A stretch of DNA of 64,000 nucleotides. Origin: Trypanosoma brucei. Taxonomy: Eukaryota. The DNA is taken from the NCBI GenBank assembly GCA_000002445.1, contig CP000069.1, positions 1,344,001-1,408,000 of the forward strand, in the 5' to 3' direction. How positions within the stretch are numbered: the stretch's first letter is position 1; each line of letters starts with the position of its first letter. A program made the position numbers and the translations under genes. The notes beneath the pieces are model-generated. The model was not told where the DNA came from, made no database searches, and worked only from the letters and a program-made list of their open reading frames with translations. This document shows, in pieces, positions 63,601-64,000 of this stretch.

Positions 63601-64000
63601 TCAAGTTTGGAGTTTCCCCGAGGTATCGTTCTCAGTTAATTAGCGACATTTTAAAGGATATTCAGGCCAACACTGTGCTTCATACTTTCGAGGCTCTCTC
63701 CGCTTCAGCAGTGCTTTCCACGGAAGGAAGCTCGCAGCAGCCAAAGGACCTGCCACGTGGGTGTCTCGGACAGCGACCGCAACCACAACTCCTCCTTCAA
63801 TTTTGTTCGCCTGACTGCGGGTATAGCATTTCTCTACCCATTCTTTCCAGCCGTAACGGCGAGGAAGCGGGTAACGACCTTCGGGTGGCTGTGCAGCGTC
63901 TGTTGTCCCTCCTATGCGATGACTACACTTTCGTCTCCGAAAGTTTAGTGCCTGAAAGTTTACAGCAGAGATTATACGGCACGGTATCACTGAAATGCGA
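60693..64000 (+). CDS. 5' part (at least 1102 codons) of a large hypothetical protein gene that runs off the 3' end of the window. It is absent from the supplied ORF track because no stop codon is reached.
   Basis: By manual translation from ATG 60693 (MDSSPVYPYLLFPNADEFHAADKVKYAIRHAVGQRSPNRLLTPRELREHHRLVRS...), the frame stays open for the entire 3.3 kb. The region has no reverse-strand ORF longer than ~95 aa. No domain recognised. Confidence 0.6.
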   Translation, partial: MDSSPVYPYLLFPNADEFHAADKVKYAIRHAVGQRSPNRLLTPRELREHHRLVRSIEDLELTLLLKDTSPMAVESSAPFDGNHQSSTGSLSHNSGGFPSSSTASSAKGICMTSGMSAGAEEEIWDNGRVNADLWNWPVEALHQQYSLLIAIDFGASSFCVSGRGRVLVDYVPCAVKTVLDVISTTLKTRRDEMSQIKRWVQLHVEESEWENVLGQVWDPVVDVTIILINVPVFDISPTTAHDEMRHLESVKVSGGDDNIMDLFPETAQSFNRFERGFSDETINNCTWIPLVTRCAAEALLRDSTLISRLGRTLSAYEEACRAQSCGGWPDVSLFTSIEHLVRLVPERSSRCTSVVLLTNAGEEALFDNYSLLESCVRRKNIILSILLLSEAGFLQGSNISLLSRFLLSVGGFAVHLDQWLSLGAHWLNVEWCRRFVGSRCLAQQLLVQLETKFPINVLHLPQNVPLTVTSRPDNHYVLYDASHGLEDFSLPNTSGVVQLLRCIAEGKVNEGWSVVMNYSSDASQVAHLYARWHCNMKRGRLIVSYEMDISYPVVHRCVCVSGTRLLVDQFVKAKGEDRGVSAGVGMARTSWATSLAVMRSQFDGWMRAEEVAVQCLRTTENPPDFPILDELRRLSSREGVSSWWLSYCNVRSIGIFFRWDDETLRSHHSYTTAERICVPSVTGEAIHVLRAALKKNHRLLGGSEGSDIYIFGSDKGDVQYVVQTLLLDEPTASERGSLLAVGFELRFSFFLRDAEGVERTLAKVAGDVKACLSSSKRGDSRISGRQTLVVEVEADERNRREVHFYNSVVSCQRFEQLCEFHGSSASCSALSDRVASRRSHVNELRSSSGLVGKVKATRTAHKFVYQASLSPYIVSPWVLADALVLHWVVETAGAWGTFANASFNLFVMRRIRDGFRLLYCMAQYKAVLHVTRAYDEHDPVDVFDVVVAPPGTADGRRGSQIILYRVVRPFKFGVSPRYRSQLISDILKDIQANTVLHTFEALSASAVLSTEGSSQQPKDLPRGCLGQRPQPQLLLQFCSPDCGYSISLPILSSRNGEEAGNDLRVAVQRLLSLLCDDYTFVSESLVPESLQQRLYGTVSLKC

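Noticed and set aside
1-64000. A prokaryotic operon or defence-island interpretation of the window.
   Set aside because: The genes are eukaryotic housekeeping genes (Mago nashi, SRPK, polo-like kinase, DDB1, cyclin, eukaryotic ribosomal proteins). There are no Shine-Dalgarno sequences, and intergenic regions are 0.5-1.8 kb with polypyrimidine/AG trans-splicing signals. Nothing resembles restriction-modification, toxin-antitoxin, Cas or phage genes.

Overview
This window looks like nuclear DNA from a kinetoplastid, most likely a Trypanosoma brucei-group trypanosome. Every convincing gene lies on the + strand, so the window is a single polycistronic transcription unit. Each gene is preceded by a long polypyrimidine tract with downstream AG dinucleotides, the usual SL trans-splicing signal. 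AT-, GT- and T/A-rich microsatellites fill the long intergenic regions. There are no introns, no prokaryotic signals, no tRNA or rRNA, and no mobile element that I could recognise.

The dominant feature is a complete tandem array of nine S-adenosylmethionine synthetase (METK) genes at 459..18727. The unit is about 2105 bp (a 1.2 kb CDS plus a 0.9 kb spacer), and the copies are more than 99.8 percent identical including spacers. Only a few SNPs and microsatellite length differences distinguish them.

Downstream of the array is an ordinary mixed housekeeping gene run:
- a rhodanese-like protein;
- a GGQ-only RF1-domain peptidyl-tRNA hydrolase;
- Mago nashi;
- a TIS11-like CCCH zinc-finger protein;
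- an SRPK-family kinase;
- RPS14;
- the mitochondrial F1 ATP synthase delta subunit;
- two hypothetical proteins;
- a PHO80-like cyclin;
- an LRR/coiled-coil protein;
- RPL15;
- V-ATPase proteolipid c double-prime;
- further hypothetical proteins, including a coiled-coil protein;
- a TTC39/Iml2-like TPR protein;
- a polytopic membrane protein;
- a polo-like kinase with an N-terminal extension;
- a DDB1 orthologue;
- two tandem acidic ribosomal P2 genes;
- a long ORF at least 1100 aa that runs off the 3' end of the window and is missing from the ORF track because it has no stop.

Many ORF-track entries begin at GTG or TTG, so I moved their starts to the first in-frame ATG. My memory that T. brucei chromosome 6 carries a 9-copy METK array near Mago nashi, SRPK and CYC7 fits this layout, but I cannot verify that here. 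I see no single novel system; the points worth a second look are noted per locus in the findings.
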